A DNA stretch of 64,000 bases from an uncultured Hormoscilla sp. (GTDB lineage Bacteria; Cyanobacteriota; Cyanobacteriia; Cyanobacteriales; Desertifilaceae): assembly GCA_963921275.4 (NCBI GenBank), contig OZ001293.3:2272001-2336000 (forward strand). The letters run 5' to 3'. A program made the position numbers and the translations under genes. The notes under the pieces were generated by a model. It did no database searches. It saw nothing but the letters and a program-made list of their open reading frames with translations, and had not been told where the DNA came from. Each line of letters begins with the position of its first letter. Position 1 is the first letter of the stretch. This document shows positions 39,219 through 50,959 of the stretch, piece after piece.

Positions 39219-39896
39219 CTATTTGCCGATTTTTCGCGCAGCGATCGCCGACTTGGCCATCTTCACCAGAGTTTCTTTCTTGCCAGCCTTGATGCCCAGA
39301 GTATAGCGACTCCCCTTGTGGTCCCAACTTATGGTAGCATCAGAGCAATTAGCGCCACAAGTAGCCTCGACAAAATAGCCAGTAATCCCCGATGCCAGGT
39401 CTACTTTCTCACCAGTCAATTCTTTAACTGCCGGTGTTAATGTTTCTGCCGAAATCATACCCAAACGACAGACCGTTCCTCCATTGCAGTCTTCTGTATA
39501 ACCCAGCATAATCTCATACTTGTTGTCCGATGTTGCTGGTGAGACGATCGGATAGATGGGGACGTAATCCGCTTCGGGAACGAAGCCCGGTAATAATAGA
39601 GATAGCTGTGTTTGCTGCTGTAGTTGTGGTACAACAGACTCAAAAATCTGGTGCGGTTCGGGCTTGGTGCTGTTGTCAACATTGTCCGGGGGCTGCACAA
39701 CCCCTGATTGGTTTACCTCTGAAATCTGGTGCGGTTCGGGCTTGGTGCTGTTGTCAACATTGTCCGGAGGCTGCACAACCCCTGATTGGTTTACCTCTGA
39801 TTTGTTTTTTGACGTTATTGTCTTGAACAATATTAGAGATGTTGACAGCAGGACAGCCGTCACCAACAGAATTGTTTTCACATGTTTGACAGACAT
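39219..39896 (-). CDS. Secreted hypothetical protein with a 75-bp internal duplication
   Basis: Signal peptide; CNGGTVCRLG...CGANCSD domain. Confidence 0.75.
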   Translation of the reverse strand: MSVKHVKTILLVTAVLLSTSLILFKTITSKNKSEVNQSGVVQPPDNVDNSTKPEPHQISEVNQSGVVQPPDNVDNSTKPEPHQIFESVVPQLQQQTQLSLLLPGFVPEADYVPIYPIVSPATSDNKYEIMLGYTEDCNGGTVCRLGMISAETLTPAVKELTGEKVDLASGITGYFVEATCGANCSDATISWDHKGSRYTLGIKAGKKETLVKMAKSAIAARKIGK

Positions 39897-39911
39897 GATA
39901 TCTCTCCTGGA

Positions 39912-41248
39912 TTAAAGTACTTTATAATATGCTTTGGCGATCGCCTCAATCCAAGCTGCGCGATCAAGACCATTGACAATGCGTCGGGCATAGTAAAAAT
40001 ATCGCCAGTAACCCCAGATATATTGACCCAACCTATGACCGGTAAAGGTTCCATCCCGCATCCCTCTGACCAGGATCTTGGCGGCGATCTTTGGTTCCGC
40101 TGCTCGTTCGGGAAAATTCACCAGATCGATTCCCAGGCGATCGGACCAATAGGTATAATTTCGCCGTCCCGTGATTTGTACAAAGCCTCGTCCCTTATAG
40201 CGCGGTCCATCTCCTGGCTGATTATTCCCCAAGTCCTCTCGCCCCTCATAGGCCCAACCGCTGGCCAATTCTTCCATCCACTTTCCTAGACCAGATTCAT
40301 GTTCCGCTGTTGCTAAAATGTAGGCGATTTGTCCCAGATCGCTCACCCCACTCCGATCGCACTCCCGCAGGATTAAAGGAATTGACTCCCAAGCATAGGG
40401 ACGCAGACCCAGATACTGAGGAATTGATTTGATTATCCTGTTCAAATTCCGATAACCTATCTGCTTATTATAGCCCAAATACTCTTTTACAGGGGAGTTC
40501 CATAATTCTGACTCGATTTCCTGACCCACAAGGCCATTCGCCACCGTCTCGCCGATCCCCATGAACTGGTCATACATGCCCATCTCTTCCCTCAGAAATC
40601 CCTGTCTTATCGGTATTTCTCGCATCGGCTCCACTAACTCTCTCAACCCATTCTCTCCCAACTCATTGGCCATCTCGACCAGAGTTTCTTTCTTGCTGGC
40701 CTTGAGGCCCAGAGTATAGCGACTCCCATTCTGGTCCCAACTTATGGTAGCATCAGAGCAATTAGCTCCACAACTGGCATCGACAAAATAGCCGGTAATC
40801 CCTGTCCCTAGAGATGTTTCCGAACCAGTCAGTTTCTCTTGTACCTGGGTTAATTTTTCTGCTGTTATTATACCCAAACGGCAAGCGGTTCCCCCATAGC
40901 AGCGTCTTGCGTAATTCAGCCTAATCTTGTTCTTGTCCGAAGTTGGTGATGTCAGGTTCAGATGGATAGTAGACTCGCGAGTCAACTCGCAGTTTAATGA
41001 GTTACGAATGATTTCACGAATCTTGCGACTATTCCTTTCAGAAATTGCTCGTCTGACCGGTCTTCTCAGCCTTTGAGCAATTGCTGGTCTGACCGGTACT
41101 TAATTTGGTTGTGGGTCAACCGTCTCCGGCGGCTTTACCGCTGATGCTGATTGCGTTTTTGACGTTATTGTATCGAACAATATTATTGAGGTTGACACGA
41201 TGACAACCGTCAGCAACAGCAGAATTCTTTTCATATGTTTGACAGACA
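39912..41248 (-). pseudogene. Secreted protein with a CGANCSD domain and a GH19/lysozyme-like domain; 5' part frameshifted
   Basis: AYILATAEHES, YEGREDLGN, YKGRGFVQITGRRNY, ARRIVNG. Confidence 0.8.
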
Positions 41249-41545
41249 TGATATCTTGTAGAAGTTAAAGGACTCGATAATTCTGCCGCGCTCGCCTCAA
41301 GCTGGGCGGCGCGATCGAGACTATTGACAATGGGTCATTGTCAATAGTCTCGGCGGGCACCCCGAATACAATCATCCAACCTGTGACCGGTAAAGGTTTC
41401 ATACTGCATCCCGATTACTAGAATCTTGGCGGCTATCTCTGGTTCCCCTGCTTTTTGAGATTCACCAGATCGATTCCGGGTGTGGTCAAAACCCGTTGAT
41501 ACGCTACAAGGCATGGGATCCCCCCCCAGCCCCCCCTTCCAAAAG

Positions 41546-42077
41546 CTATGCTTTACTCACATATTTCTTAACAATCTGAAATCCTTACACCGTCTTGATT
41601 TGAGTACAATTGCTTCAAAAAAGTTAACAATATACTTCCACTAAGTTAATATATAGTCCGATACGAAATGCGCTACGCGCTGTCGGAACCCTCGCCAGTG
41701 CTAAAAAGTAAAATAATGATTAAATAAAACGACTCTTGCTTCTGGCGTTGCTAATATTGTAGAGAGCACGAAGAGCAAAAATTATCCATGGACAGAAAAA
41801 TATGAAGTCTTGAGCCGCAGAAGAACTAAAATCTGCTGATTTGGGCGATCGCCGTCGCCACATTCATACTGGTAAAAATTGTATCAGATTTAGCAGAACA
41901 ACCCAATGCTACGGTACCACAAGCTTGTGGAGATTGGGCAGGGACCCAAGCACAAATGACTTTTGGGCAAATCCACAGATTCAAGCGGAAGCGATTCGCG
42001 ATTGCCACCAACAAAGTACGCTCTCCCGAGTCAAACAACATGAAACGATTTTAGCAATTCAGGACACCACCGAACTA
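41546..42077 (+). mobile_element. IS4-family element, 5' half
   Basis: IR CTATGCTTTACTCACATA at 41546; ADLGDRR..VPQACGDWA..ILAIQDTTEL. Confidence 0.88.
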
Positions 42078-42950
42078 GGGTGTGTCATCAATCAAATTGC
42101 TTGACAGAAATAGATGGATACGGTATGGAGTCCTTATCCAGCAATAACAATCAAGAGGGCATGATATGAGACGCTATGGCTTGCGAGACGACCAGTGGGA
42201 ACGGATCGAACACCTTTTACCTGGTAAAGAGGGTGACCCAGGCGCTACAGCCAAGAACAATAGATTATTCGTGTTCTGCCGTGTTATATCGATATCGTGC
42301 TGGCATTCCCTGGCGGGATTTACCGGAGTGTTTTGGGGATTTTCGGGTTGTTCATACCCGCCATACCCGTTGGTCTGAAAAGGGAGTTTGGAAGCAGGTA
42401 TTCGATGTCTTGGCCTCAGACGCCGATAACGAATACGCCGCGATTGATGCCACCATCCTGCGTGCCCATCAACGAGCGTGCGGGTGCAAAAAAAAACACC
42501 CTCAGATACGTGCGAAACCCAAGCCATAGGCCGTAGTAAAGGGGGACTATCGACAAAGATTCATGCCACTTGCGATTGCCCAAGGCAATCCCACAGGATT
42601 TCATCTTACCCCTGGCCAAGCCCACGACGGGAAAGGCGCTGACGTGCTATTGGATAAAATCGGTGAGATTGGCGCGCTGCTTGCAGATAAAGCCTATGAT
42701 GCGGAACAACGTGTGCTCGAGCGCCTGAAAGAGGCGAATTGGATGGCTGTCATTCCTCCAAAAAGTAACCGCACAGAACACAGAGAATACGATGAAGAAA
42801 TGTACAAGTGGCGGCATCTAATTGAAAATCTATTCCAAAAACTCAAGCAATACAGGGCTCTGGCGACACGCTACGATAAAACGGCTCGCAATTTCTTGGG
42901 TGCCATCTACCTCGCGGCAGCTGTAATATGGCTTAATTGATGACACGCCC
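42078..42950 (+). mobile_element. IS5-family element, inverted near-identical copy of 37927-38795
   Basis: Same IRs and transposase sequence. Confidence 0.95.
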
Positions 42951-43365
42951 TAGTTACTCTGTAGGGAGAAAACCCCCTGGTTTTAGCTAAATATTATCAG
43001 TTTAGCTAGAAGTTATACTGGAATGACGATTGAGAACTAAGGAAGAAGTCCTCTCGTTTTTAGGCTCAGCCTAGAAATGCTTGTTTGAGGCTCCGCCTCC
43101 AGTGAGGGAAAAAGGATGCCCTCACTCTCCTTTAAGTACATAGGCAAAATTATTTGTCTATGAGCTCCTCACAGAGCAAGCGTTTTAGGCGGATTCGATA
43201 TAAAAATAATTTTGCACAACCACTTAGCTGCCGTCGGAAGCATTCGCCTCGAAGGGGGTGCGTTCCCTGCCTTCGACAGGGAAAGAGTGGGAGCATCAGG
43301 GGCGGCGCGTTCCCTGCTAGAACTAGGGAAGGAGTGGTCGAAAATATTTAAGGAGTTGGAAAAAA

Positions 43366-44877
43366 ATGAAGTTGCGAGAGTTATTGGCAAGCATTCCTAA
43401 TTTAGAAATACCAGACCATGAGGAGATCGACTCTGAGGTGAAGGGGTTAAGTACGAATTCCCAGACATGCAAACCGGGAGATTTATTTATCGGAATGCCG
43501 GGTACGCGAGTGGATGGGGGAGAGTTCTGGGAAAGCGCGATCGCCTCAGGGGCATGCGCGGCCCTAATTTCTCCAGAAGCCGCCCAAGGTTCCCAGGTAG
43601 AACCAGGGAACGAGAAAGCCAAAGATAATTGTATTATTCCCGTAACAGATATGAGGGAAGCCTGTGCCCAGGTAGCAGCTGCTTTCTACAAATATCCAGC
43701 ATCGCAGCTGCAACTGATAGGCGTCACGGGCACGAATGGCAAAACTACTACTACCCATCTGATTGAATTTCTGCTTGCCCAAGCCCAAAAGCAACCAGCA
43801 CTTTTTGGTACATTATATGCCCGTTGGGCAGGTTTCCAACAAACTGCCGTGCATACGACGCCTTTTGCCCTGGAGTTGCAGCAACAACTGGCCCAGGCAG
43901 TAGCTGCTGGTTGTAGGCAGGGCATAATGGAAGTGAGTTCCCATGCTTTGTCACAAGGACGGGTGTTGGGTTGCGGCTTTGAGGTGGCCGTATTTACCAA
44001 TCTTACCCAGGATCATCTGGACTTCCATAAAGATATGGAAGATTATTTTGCAGCTAAGGCCCTACTGTTTAGCCCGACCTATCTGCAAGGACGGGCGATA
44101 ATTAATGTCGATGACGAGTACGGACGGCGGTTATGTGACCGGTTGCAGCCCGCACAGCTGTGGCGATACAGTACCCATAATGCTGAGGCCGATCTTTGGA
44201 CGAGTGACATTACCTATGAACCATCGGGAGTGAAAGGCATCCTACATACACCGGTGGGTACAGCGCCTTTCCGATCGCCTTTGGTGGGCGAGTTCAATGT
44301 TGGAAATTTGCTGGGGGCTGTGGGGGCGGCTTTACATCTGGGCATAGACTTAAACTCGATCGTGGAGAAATTGCCGCAATTTCCCGGGGTGCCCGGACGA
44401 ATGGAACGGGTGCAAATAACTCCCGAACAAGAGATTATCGTGATTGTCGATTATGCTCACACTCCCGATAGTTTGGAGAATTTGCTCCGGGCATCGAGAC
44501 CGTTTATTCCCGGAAAGATGATTTGCGTGTTTGGTTGCGGGGGCGATCGCGATCGGACGAAGCGCCCGGTTATGGGTAAAATTGCCGCAGAGCTTTCAAA
44601 CCTGCCGGTGGTAACCTCGGACAATCCCCGGACGGAAGACCCGAAAAAAATTTTACAAGATATCCTGGCCGGAATCCCGTCGGGCATAGAGCCGGTGGTG
44701 CTCGGCGATCGGGCGACTGCCATTAGAACTGCGATCCTGAAAGCGCAACCGGGAGACGGAGTCTTGATCGCCGGTAAAGGTCACGAAGATTATCAGATTC
44801 TCGGCACGGAAAAGATCCATTTTGACGATCGGGAACAGGCGCGATTGGCTTTACAAATGCGAATTGACCGGGGCTAA
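43366..44877 (+). CDS. murE: UDP-N-acetylmuramoyl-tripeptide synthetase
   Basis: GVTGTNGKTT, MEVSSH, DYAHTPD, DNPR. Confidence 0.97.
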   Translation: MKLRELLASIPNLEIPDHEEIDSEVKGLSTNSQTCKPGDLFIGMPGTRVDGGEFWESAIASGACAALISPEAAQGSQVEPGNEKAKDNCIIPVTDMREACAQVAAAFYKYPASQLQLIGVTGTNGKTTTTHLIEFLLAQAQKQPALFGTLYARWAGFQQTAVHTTPFALELQQQLAQAVAAGCRQGIMEVSSHALSQGRVLGCGFEVAVFTNLTQDHLDFHKDMEDYFAAKALLFSPTYLQGRAIINVDDEYGRRLCDRLQPAQLWRYSTHNAEADLWTSDITYEPSGVKGILHTPVGTAPFRSPLVGEFNVGNLLGAVGAALHLGIDLNSIVEKLPQFPGVPGRMERVQITPEQEIIVIVDYAHTPDSLENLLRASRPFIPGKMICVFGCGGDRDRTKRPVMGKIAAELSNLPVVTSDNPRTEDPKKILQDILAGIPSGIEPVVLGDRATAIRTAILKAQPGDGVLIAGKGHEDYQILGTEKIHFDDREQARLALQMRIDRG

Positions 44878-45177
44878 ATCACCTACAGTTGCGGCGTCTG
44901 TCTTTCACCGGTGCTAACCAATTCCGATCTAATTTGCCAATTTTGCGTAGATATTATTTTTTTGACCGATATAAATAAAATATAGGAGATCGACTTGCGC
45001 TTGGACGATGCGAAAGTGTCATTGCGATTTTTCGCGCAGCGTGAGGGTGCGGTCACAAGTAGTTGATAGTCAAAAGACTCATAACCGGTTTGGTGCGACC
45101 TGCTGCAGGTGCTGAGCGACCAAAATTGATAAGGAAACCCGGTTTCACCGCCCCCACGCGAGGCTTCTCCGACGAGC

Positions 45178-45360
45178 GCAAATATGCTTTGTTTTTCAGC
45201 AAATATGCTTTGTTTTTCAGCAAATATGCTTTGTTTTTCAGCAAATATGCTTTGTTTTTCAGCAAATATGCTTTGTTTTTCAGCAAATATGCTTTGGCTA
45301 TTTTAAATATGATTTGCCGCCGAGCAAATATTATCTGCCGCCGAGCAAATACTATCTGGG
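45178..45360. repeat. 21-nt tandem repeat array
   Basis: GCAAATATGCTTTGTTTTTCA about 5 times, then diverged units. Confidence 0.9.
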
Positions 45361-46116
45361 CCTGCCGCGTAATGATGCGGAGTTTACCCGGGATCCCCTG
45401 ACTAGATACTAGACCTGGCGGACGCCAGTCAGATGACGACGGGTGTGGTCAAAACCAGTTGGGAAAAAAATACCACACTCACTTCTGGTGGGCGGTGCCT
45501 AGGCTGTTTATTCTGGGTCTTTTTAGGACCAGATCGATCACTACGGGATCCTGCGATGGCGCTCACGTTTATAATTCATATATAGCAAGCGATCCTGGGT
45601 CTCATCACCTTACACAAAAAGTGCATGAAGTTTTTTTCACCGGCCTATAACAAAGTAAACAGCCTAGGCGGTGCCCATTCTACGAATGCAACGACTTTTG
45701 ACCGCACCCATTGCGAGGGGGGATCCCAAAGCCTTAACTGTAGTCAGCAGATTTCGTCCCCTGGCCTTCGCAGCAGCTCCATCGTGGGTAAGCAGTCGCG
45801 CTCTTCATCTCAAGGTGCTGTGGGCGGGGAGATTGCTAGCTGCTGCTTCGCCACGGCTACGCTTGCGCGAACGGGGAGGAGTATCTCATTGAGCGCAAAG
45901 ATCTCTCAATTGGACCCCCCCTCGCTCCGGACATATTAGCTGCATGAAAAGTTAATCGCTACGTATCCCCCCTCGCAATGACAAATAAAATCCTTAACCG
46001 AGAAGTATTGAGGCACCGCCCAGCACCAGGGTTTGAAATATAGGGTGGGCACCGCCCACCACCACAGTTTAAGATAGACAATGTTATAGAAACTAATTGT
46101 ATTTGAGGAGGCGATC

Positions 46117-46680
46117 GTGAATAAGTTACTCAGGAAGTTGTGGCAGAAAAGATGCGATCGAGGGATGACGCTAGTATAATTGCTAGTAGTCATCGTCATC
46201 ATCGGGATTTTATCAAAAATTGCCTTGCCAACTTTTCTAAGCATAGTGGGAAAAGCTAAAAAAGTTGAAGCGAGAATCAACATGGGTAATTTAAGCAAGT
46301 CCCAGAAAATATACTACAATGAGAAAGGAGAGTTTACCAAAGATATTTTTAAATTAAACTTTGCCCCTGACCCAGAATATAGTGAATATGAGAGTATAGT
46401 GAGTTTAGTGACTGCTGTTGTTTCCTCTATAGATGGGGTGGTAATCTATTCAAAAGAAGTAGATAATTACGTTTATTTTATCATAGCGATAGATGATGAT
46501 GACGATCCAATGGCAATTCACGTAGCTGTGTCTAAGATTTTATTTGCGAGAACTTATGCAGGAGTAGTGTATCTGAAAGAAGGTGATATCCAGAGCTGTA
46601 TACCAGAACCGATAGACATAAGCTTGCAGGATCTTGGCATATATGGCAGTATTAAGCAATGTAATATCAAATCCGGGTGA
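46117..46680 (+). pseudogene. Type IV pilin-like protein with a stop at the conserved Glu5
   Basis: RG|MTLV*LLVVIVIIGILSKIALPTFL. Confidence 0.85.
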
Positions 46681-46789
46681 GTATTGTCCTGGGATTTTAA
46701 AATAAATTTTTCGATCGCATCTCTCCAAACTGCTCCAGATGTAGGATAATAGGATAGTGGTCAAGATGTAGTGATTTTACTATTGTCTG

Positions 46790-47152
46790 AGTTTTATAAG
46801 GCTGTATCTCGATGAAGATGCAATGGATGGCGACTTGGCACGAGCATTACGCCTAAGGGGCGCAGATGTTACTACCGCGAATCTAGAAGGAATGGCCAAT
46901 TGTGCCGATGACGAGCATCTCGAATATGCAACTGCACAAGGGCGAGTCTTGTACTCGTTTAACGTTAGCGATTACCTGCGCCTTCATGGCGAATACATGA
47001 GGGAGGGAAAAAATCACGCAGGCATAATTCTGGGACAGCAGCAACAAGACAGCCTGGACGAACAAATGCGTCGTCTGTTGAGAATTATAGCGGTAAAGTC
47101 TGCTGAAGAAATGCAAAACCATTTCAAGTTTTTGAGTGCATGGGATGAATAG
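46790..47152 (+). CDS. DUF5615 PIN-like protein (start uncertain)
   Basis: LYLDED..ALRLRGADV, DDEHLEYA..GRVLYSFNVSDY, HAGII. Confidence 0.75.
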   Translation, partial: SFIRLYLDEDAMDGDLARALRLRGADVTTANLEGMANCADDEHLEYATAQGRVLYSFNVSDYLRLHGEYMREGKNHAGIILGQQQQDSLDEQMRRLLRIIAVKSAEEMQNHFKFLSAWDE

Positions 47153-47229
47153 CTGCTGACGCCAGTTACTCTCGTTCCCAGGCATTGCCTGGGAACTTGA
47201 CGGCGGGGTAACTTCCTGAGATTATGTCC

Positions 47230-47846
47230 ATCCGCGTAAGGTTTGGTGTACCTTGGCTAATTACCACATGTAATCATAGATCGCGTATTCGGTAACTGCC
47301 TTCAGGATATAATGGCGCGATCGCTCCTCATCTCCTGCCGCTTCCCAATACAATCCTACATAAAGATGACTGTAAAAATTGCCAGTTTTGCCTGACGATT
47401 CCCCAGCAGCGAGAACATCATCGATGGTACAATCTCCTGCATACAGATCGTAGACGCGCCGCATCAACCTGGGGTCGTCGCGCACGCTACGCTACTAGCA
47501 GAGAATTCTGCGCTGCCGTCACTCCCTGCGATCGCGCTATACAGAGATAGCGCCAAACTGTTTCTTCCACATCTTGTGAGTTGAGGTTTAAGTCAACTTC
47601 AAACTGCTTGGCACCTTCAGCATATCTCTCGGCATAATAATAGGATAAGCCCCTTTGCCACAAGTATGGCGTGATGCTAGCATCGAGTGCTTCTGCCCGA
47701 TCGAAGTCTTGAATGGATGGAGCAATAATAGCTAGCAAAAAGTTTACCATGCCGCGCTGAATGTATGCCCTGAGGTCTTCCGGGCGTGAGGCGATCGCAT
47801 CGTTCCACCTCAATAGTTCATTTTCCAGAGATATTTGACTATTCAT
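47230..47846 (-). pseudogene. TPR (NlpI-like) protein, frameshifted at ~47490
   Basis: YLWQRGLSYYY, DVEETVW, DPRLMRRVY, FYSHLYVGLY. Confidence 0.8.
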
Positions 47847-48049
47847 GATAATTTTTAGTCAGGTAATCATTCGACTGACAACCGACCACTGACAACTAAC
47901 CACTGACAACTAACCACTAACAACCTCATTTAAGTATAGTTATATTAAGGTATGTTTCATTTCCGTTACATTAAGAGAGTATCGGCAGCAACAAGTGTAA
48001 AGTAAGTGATACCATTCATTCGGTATTATCAGAAATAGGGAGAAAACCT

Positions 48050-49285
48050 TTGACATTAAGGGTTGCTGTAGTAGGATCGGGACCGGCAGGCTCCTCAGCC
48101 GCCGAAACTCTAGCGAAAGCGGGAATTGAAACTTACCTGTTCGAGCGCAAGCTGGATAATGCGAAGCCCTGTGGCGGTGCCATTCCTCTCTGTATGGTCA
48201 GCGAGTTCGACCTGCCACCAGAAATTGTCGATCGGCAGGTGCGAAACATGAAGATGATCTCGCCCTCCAACATCGAAGTGGATATTAATCTGGAAAAACC
48301 AGGGGAATATATTGGCATGTGCCGCCGGGAAGTGCTGGATGGCTTTATGCGCGATCGGGCGGCGAAGCTAGGTGCCAACCTGATTAACGGTACGGTGCAT
48401 AAACTGGAGATTCCCACCGTTCCGGAAAAATCGGGCAATACGGCCCCCTATACCCTGCATTACGCGGACCACTCCAATGGCAATAAGGTGGGTACGCAGA
48501 AAACTCTGCAAGTAGACATGGTAATTGGGGCAGATGGGGCTAACTCCCGCGTCGCGAAGGCTATTAAAGCTGGAGACTATAATTACGCGATCGCCTTCCA
48601 AGAGCGCATTCGCCTGCCAGAGGACAAGATGGAGTATTATCAAAACCTGGCAGAAATGTACGTAGGCAACGACGTGTCCCCGGACTTCTACGCCTGGGTG
48701 TTCCCCAAATACGACCATGTGGCCGTGGGCACTGGCACCATGCGGGTCAATCAAGCCAAGATCAAACAGCTACAAGCGGGTATCCGGGCCCGTGCGGCCA
48801 AACGGTTGGAAGGGGGCGAAATCATCAAAATAGAAGCGCACCCCATTCCCGAACATCCCCGTCCCCGTCGGGTAGTGGGTCGGGTGGCCCTGGTGGGAGA
48901 CTCCGCCGGCACCGTCACCAAGTCATCTGGAGAAGGGATTTACTTTGCGGCCAAGTCAGCGCGGATGTGTGCCGAAACCATTGTGGAATATTCCCATAAT
49001 GGGAGTCGCATTCCCACAGAAGAAGACCTGAAGGTATATCTGAAGCGCTGGGATAAAAAGTACGGCATTACCTACAAAGTGCTGGACATCCTGCAAACGG
49101 TATTTTATCGTTCCGATGCGACACGGGAAGCCTTTGTAGAAATGTGCGCCGACAAAGACGTGCAGCGCCTGACCTTTGATAGCTATTTGTATAAAACAGT
49201 CGTACCGGCAAATCCGTTCGTGCAGATGAAGATTACGGCCAAAACTATTGGCAGTCTGTTGCGGGGCAATGCCCTAGCTCCGTAA
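48050..49285 (+). CDS. chlP: Geranylgeranyl reductase
   Basis: AKPCGGAIP, SGEGIYFA. Confidence 0.97.
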   Translation: MTLRVAVVGSGPAGSSAAETLAKAGIETYLFERKLDNAKPCGGAIPLCMVSEFDLPPEIVDRQVRNMKMISPSNIEVDINLEKPGEYIGMCRREVLDGFMRDRAAKLGANLINGTVHKLEIPTVPEKSGNTAPYTLHYADHSNGNKVGTQKTLQVDMVIGADGANSRVAKAIKAGDYNYAIAFQERIRLPEDKMEYYQNLAEMYVGNDVSPDFYAWVFPKYDHVAVGTGTMRVNQAKIKQLQAGIRARAAKRLEGGEIIKIEAHPIPEHPRPRRVVGRVALVGDSAGTVTKSSGEGIYFAAKSARMCAETIVEYSHNGSRIPTEEDLKVYLKRWDKKYGITYKVLDILQTVFYRSDATREAFVEMCADKDVQRLTFDSYLYKTVVPANPFVQMKITAKTIGSLLRGNALAP

Positions 49286-49398
49286 TAAAGTAGGTGGGCA
49301 CCGCCCACCCCGTGCTATAATTTTTGTATGCTAAGTCGTGGGCACTGCCCACCGAACCCGTGCTATAATTTTCTCATACCAAGTACAACAAAGTCGCG

Positions 49399-49885
49399 AT
49401 GGTATCCCAAAATCCATTCACTGTTGGTCAACCGGTGCCCCCAGAACGTTTTGTGGGGCGATCGCGCCTGCTAGCCACAGCCTTCCATCAAATCTTTCAA
49501 CCGGGTCACGGTAACCTGGCGATTTGGGGCGGTTCGGGGATCGGCAAGACTTCTTTTCTAGAAAAACTGACTGCACCTGAAACTTGGCAGGATCGAGGGC
49601 ACGATAGATCGACAGCAGTAATTGTTAAGATCGATTGCCTGAAGTATATATCCCTTTACTGGGTCTGGCTTCTGGCGAAAAATATTGAGATCGATGAAAA
49701 ACGAGCTGGAGGGCGAACGGAAATTGCAGGGGGAGATCGATGTCTTATTGCAAAAAGCGCACAACTCGAACGACGACCTGGCAGAGATATTACATCAACT
49801 GGGAGAGCAAGAGAGATTCTTAGTGCTGCTAGTTGATGATTACGATGCAGCATTGCGGATCGACGAACAATACAGTAAAATCAAA
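49399..49885 (+). pseudogene. AAA/ATP-binding protein fragment
   Basis: NPFTVGQPV..FVGR, GGSGIGKTS, LLVDDYD; frameshifted and truncated. Confidence 0.8.
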
Positions 49886-50282
49886 TTAAATTTACCGTAA
49901 AAATACGGTAAAATACATCCGTAGCAGTGGGAAGTAAAATGTATTTTATCAGAGAAAAATACCAGACTGCGGGGCTGGTTAATTGAAAGAATTGGCTATA
50001 GTAGGATTTATCAAGAATTTCCAGCAACTGAAGTGGAAACTTGGGAGGAATATACTCTGTTAAGAATCAAGTATAATGCTGCTAGCGAGCCAATTTGTTT
50101 ATTAAAATTTACCTGGAAGAGTATAGCAGGATTGATTTATGCCGTGGGAGTACCACCTGATGTAGGATCAGCAAGAGAGGCGATCGGTTTGGTAAATTGG
50201 AGAGTCGAACCCACAGATAGTGCCAAGGTGAATGGGAACTATTGATTGGTGAATGGCGACTATTGATCCAGAGTTCCTAGTT

Positions 50283-50547
50283 ATTAAACTAAGCCAGGGA
50301 GTCACCCCTCCGACTCGTCTTCAAAACCGGACGTGAGATTTCACCTCATCCGGCTCCTCAGTCATGCCACCCTTGTCATGGGTACCGATTGATGCCATCG
50401 CTACCGTGGGGTAAGTGCTGTCACTCCTGCACCTAGAGGGGTGGGCTTTCACCACCATCATCTAAAAGTTGTCAGGGCTAATGATACCCTGCTAGTGGTC
50501 CCCTTCCTTGACCTGTGTCAAGTTAGTTTACACTAAACGAATCGCAC
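50283..50547 (-). mobile_element. 265-nt internally deleted group II intron nested in another intron's 5' end
   Basis: GTGCGATTCG...DV GAGCCGGATGAGGTGAAATCTCACGTCCGGTT, DVI, ends TTTAAT. Confidence 0.88.
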
Positions 50548-50598
50548 TCCTAGGCTAGCGTTCCGTGTTTGACCAAGTTAGGCTAGAACGAATCGCAC
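50548..50598 (-). mobile_element. 5' end of the outer group II intron (continues 50282-50265)
   Basis: Nearly identical to the first ~45 nt of the 14806 intron. Confidence 0.85.
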
Positions 50599-50667
50599 TT
50601 AACTCAACTCGAGCAAAAGCACAAGTCGATCCCTTCCCAAGTATACCATCTTGACCAAGATATTATT

Positions 50668-50740
50668 TATAAGCTATTTATAAGCTATTTATAAGCTATT
50701 TATATAAGCTATTTATAAGCTATTTATAAGCTATTTATAA
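50668..50740. repeat. AT-rich ~11-nt tandem repeat TATAAGCTATT
   Basis: About 6 units. Confidence 0.85.
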
Positions 50741-50959
50741 GTGAGGAGAGCAACAATGAGAATGAAGATAAAGAGGACTGGAACGTCGATTTAGTAGAAC
50801 AGCATAGGAGAGCTGAGCAGGGATCCAGAGGTCCGGCCTCACTATCCCAGAGGTGCCGGACGAGAATATGTCGATTGTGTATCCTACCCTACCTCAATTT
50901 ACTAGCTCAGTTTCGCCAATATGCCTATCTAAGAAACGCTATAAAAGGAGAAAAAGACA

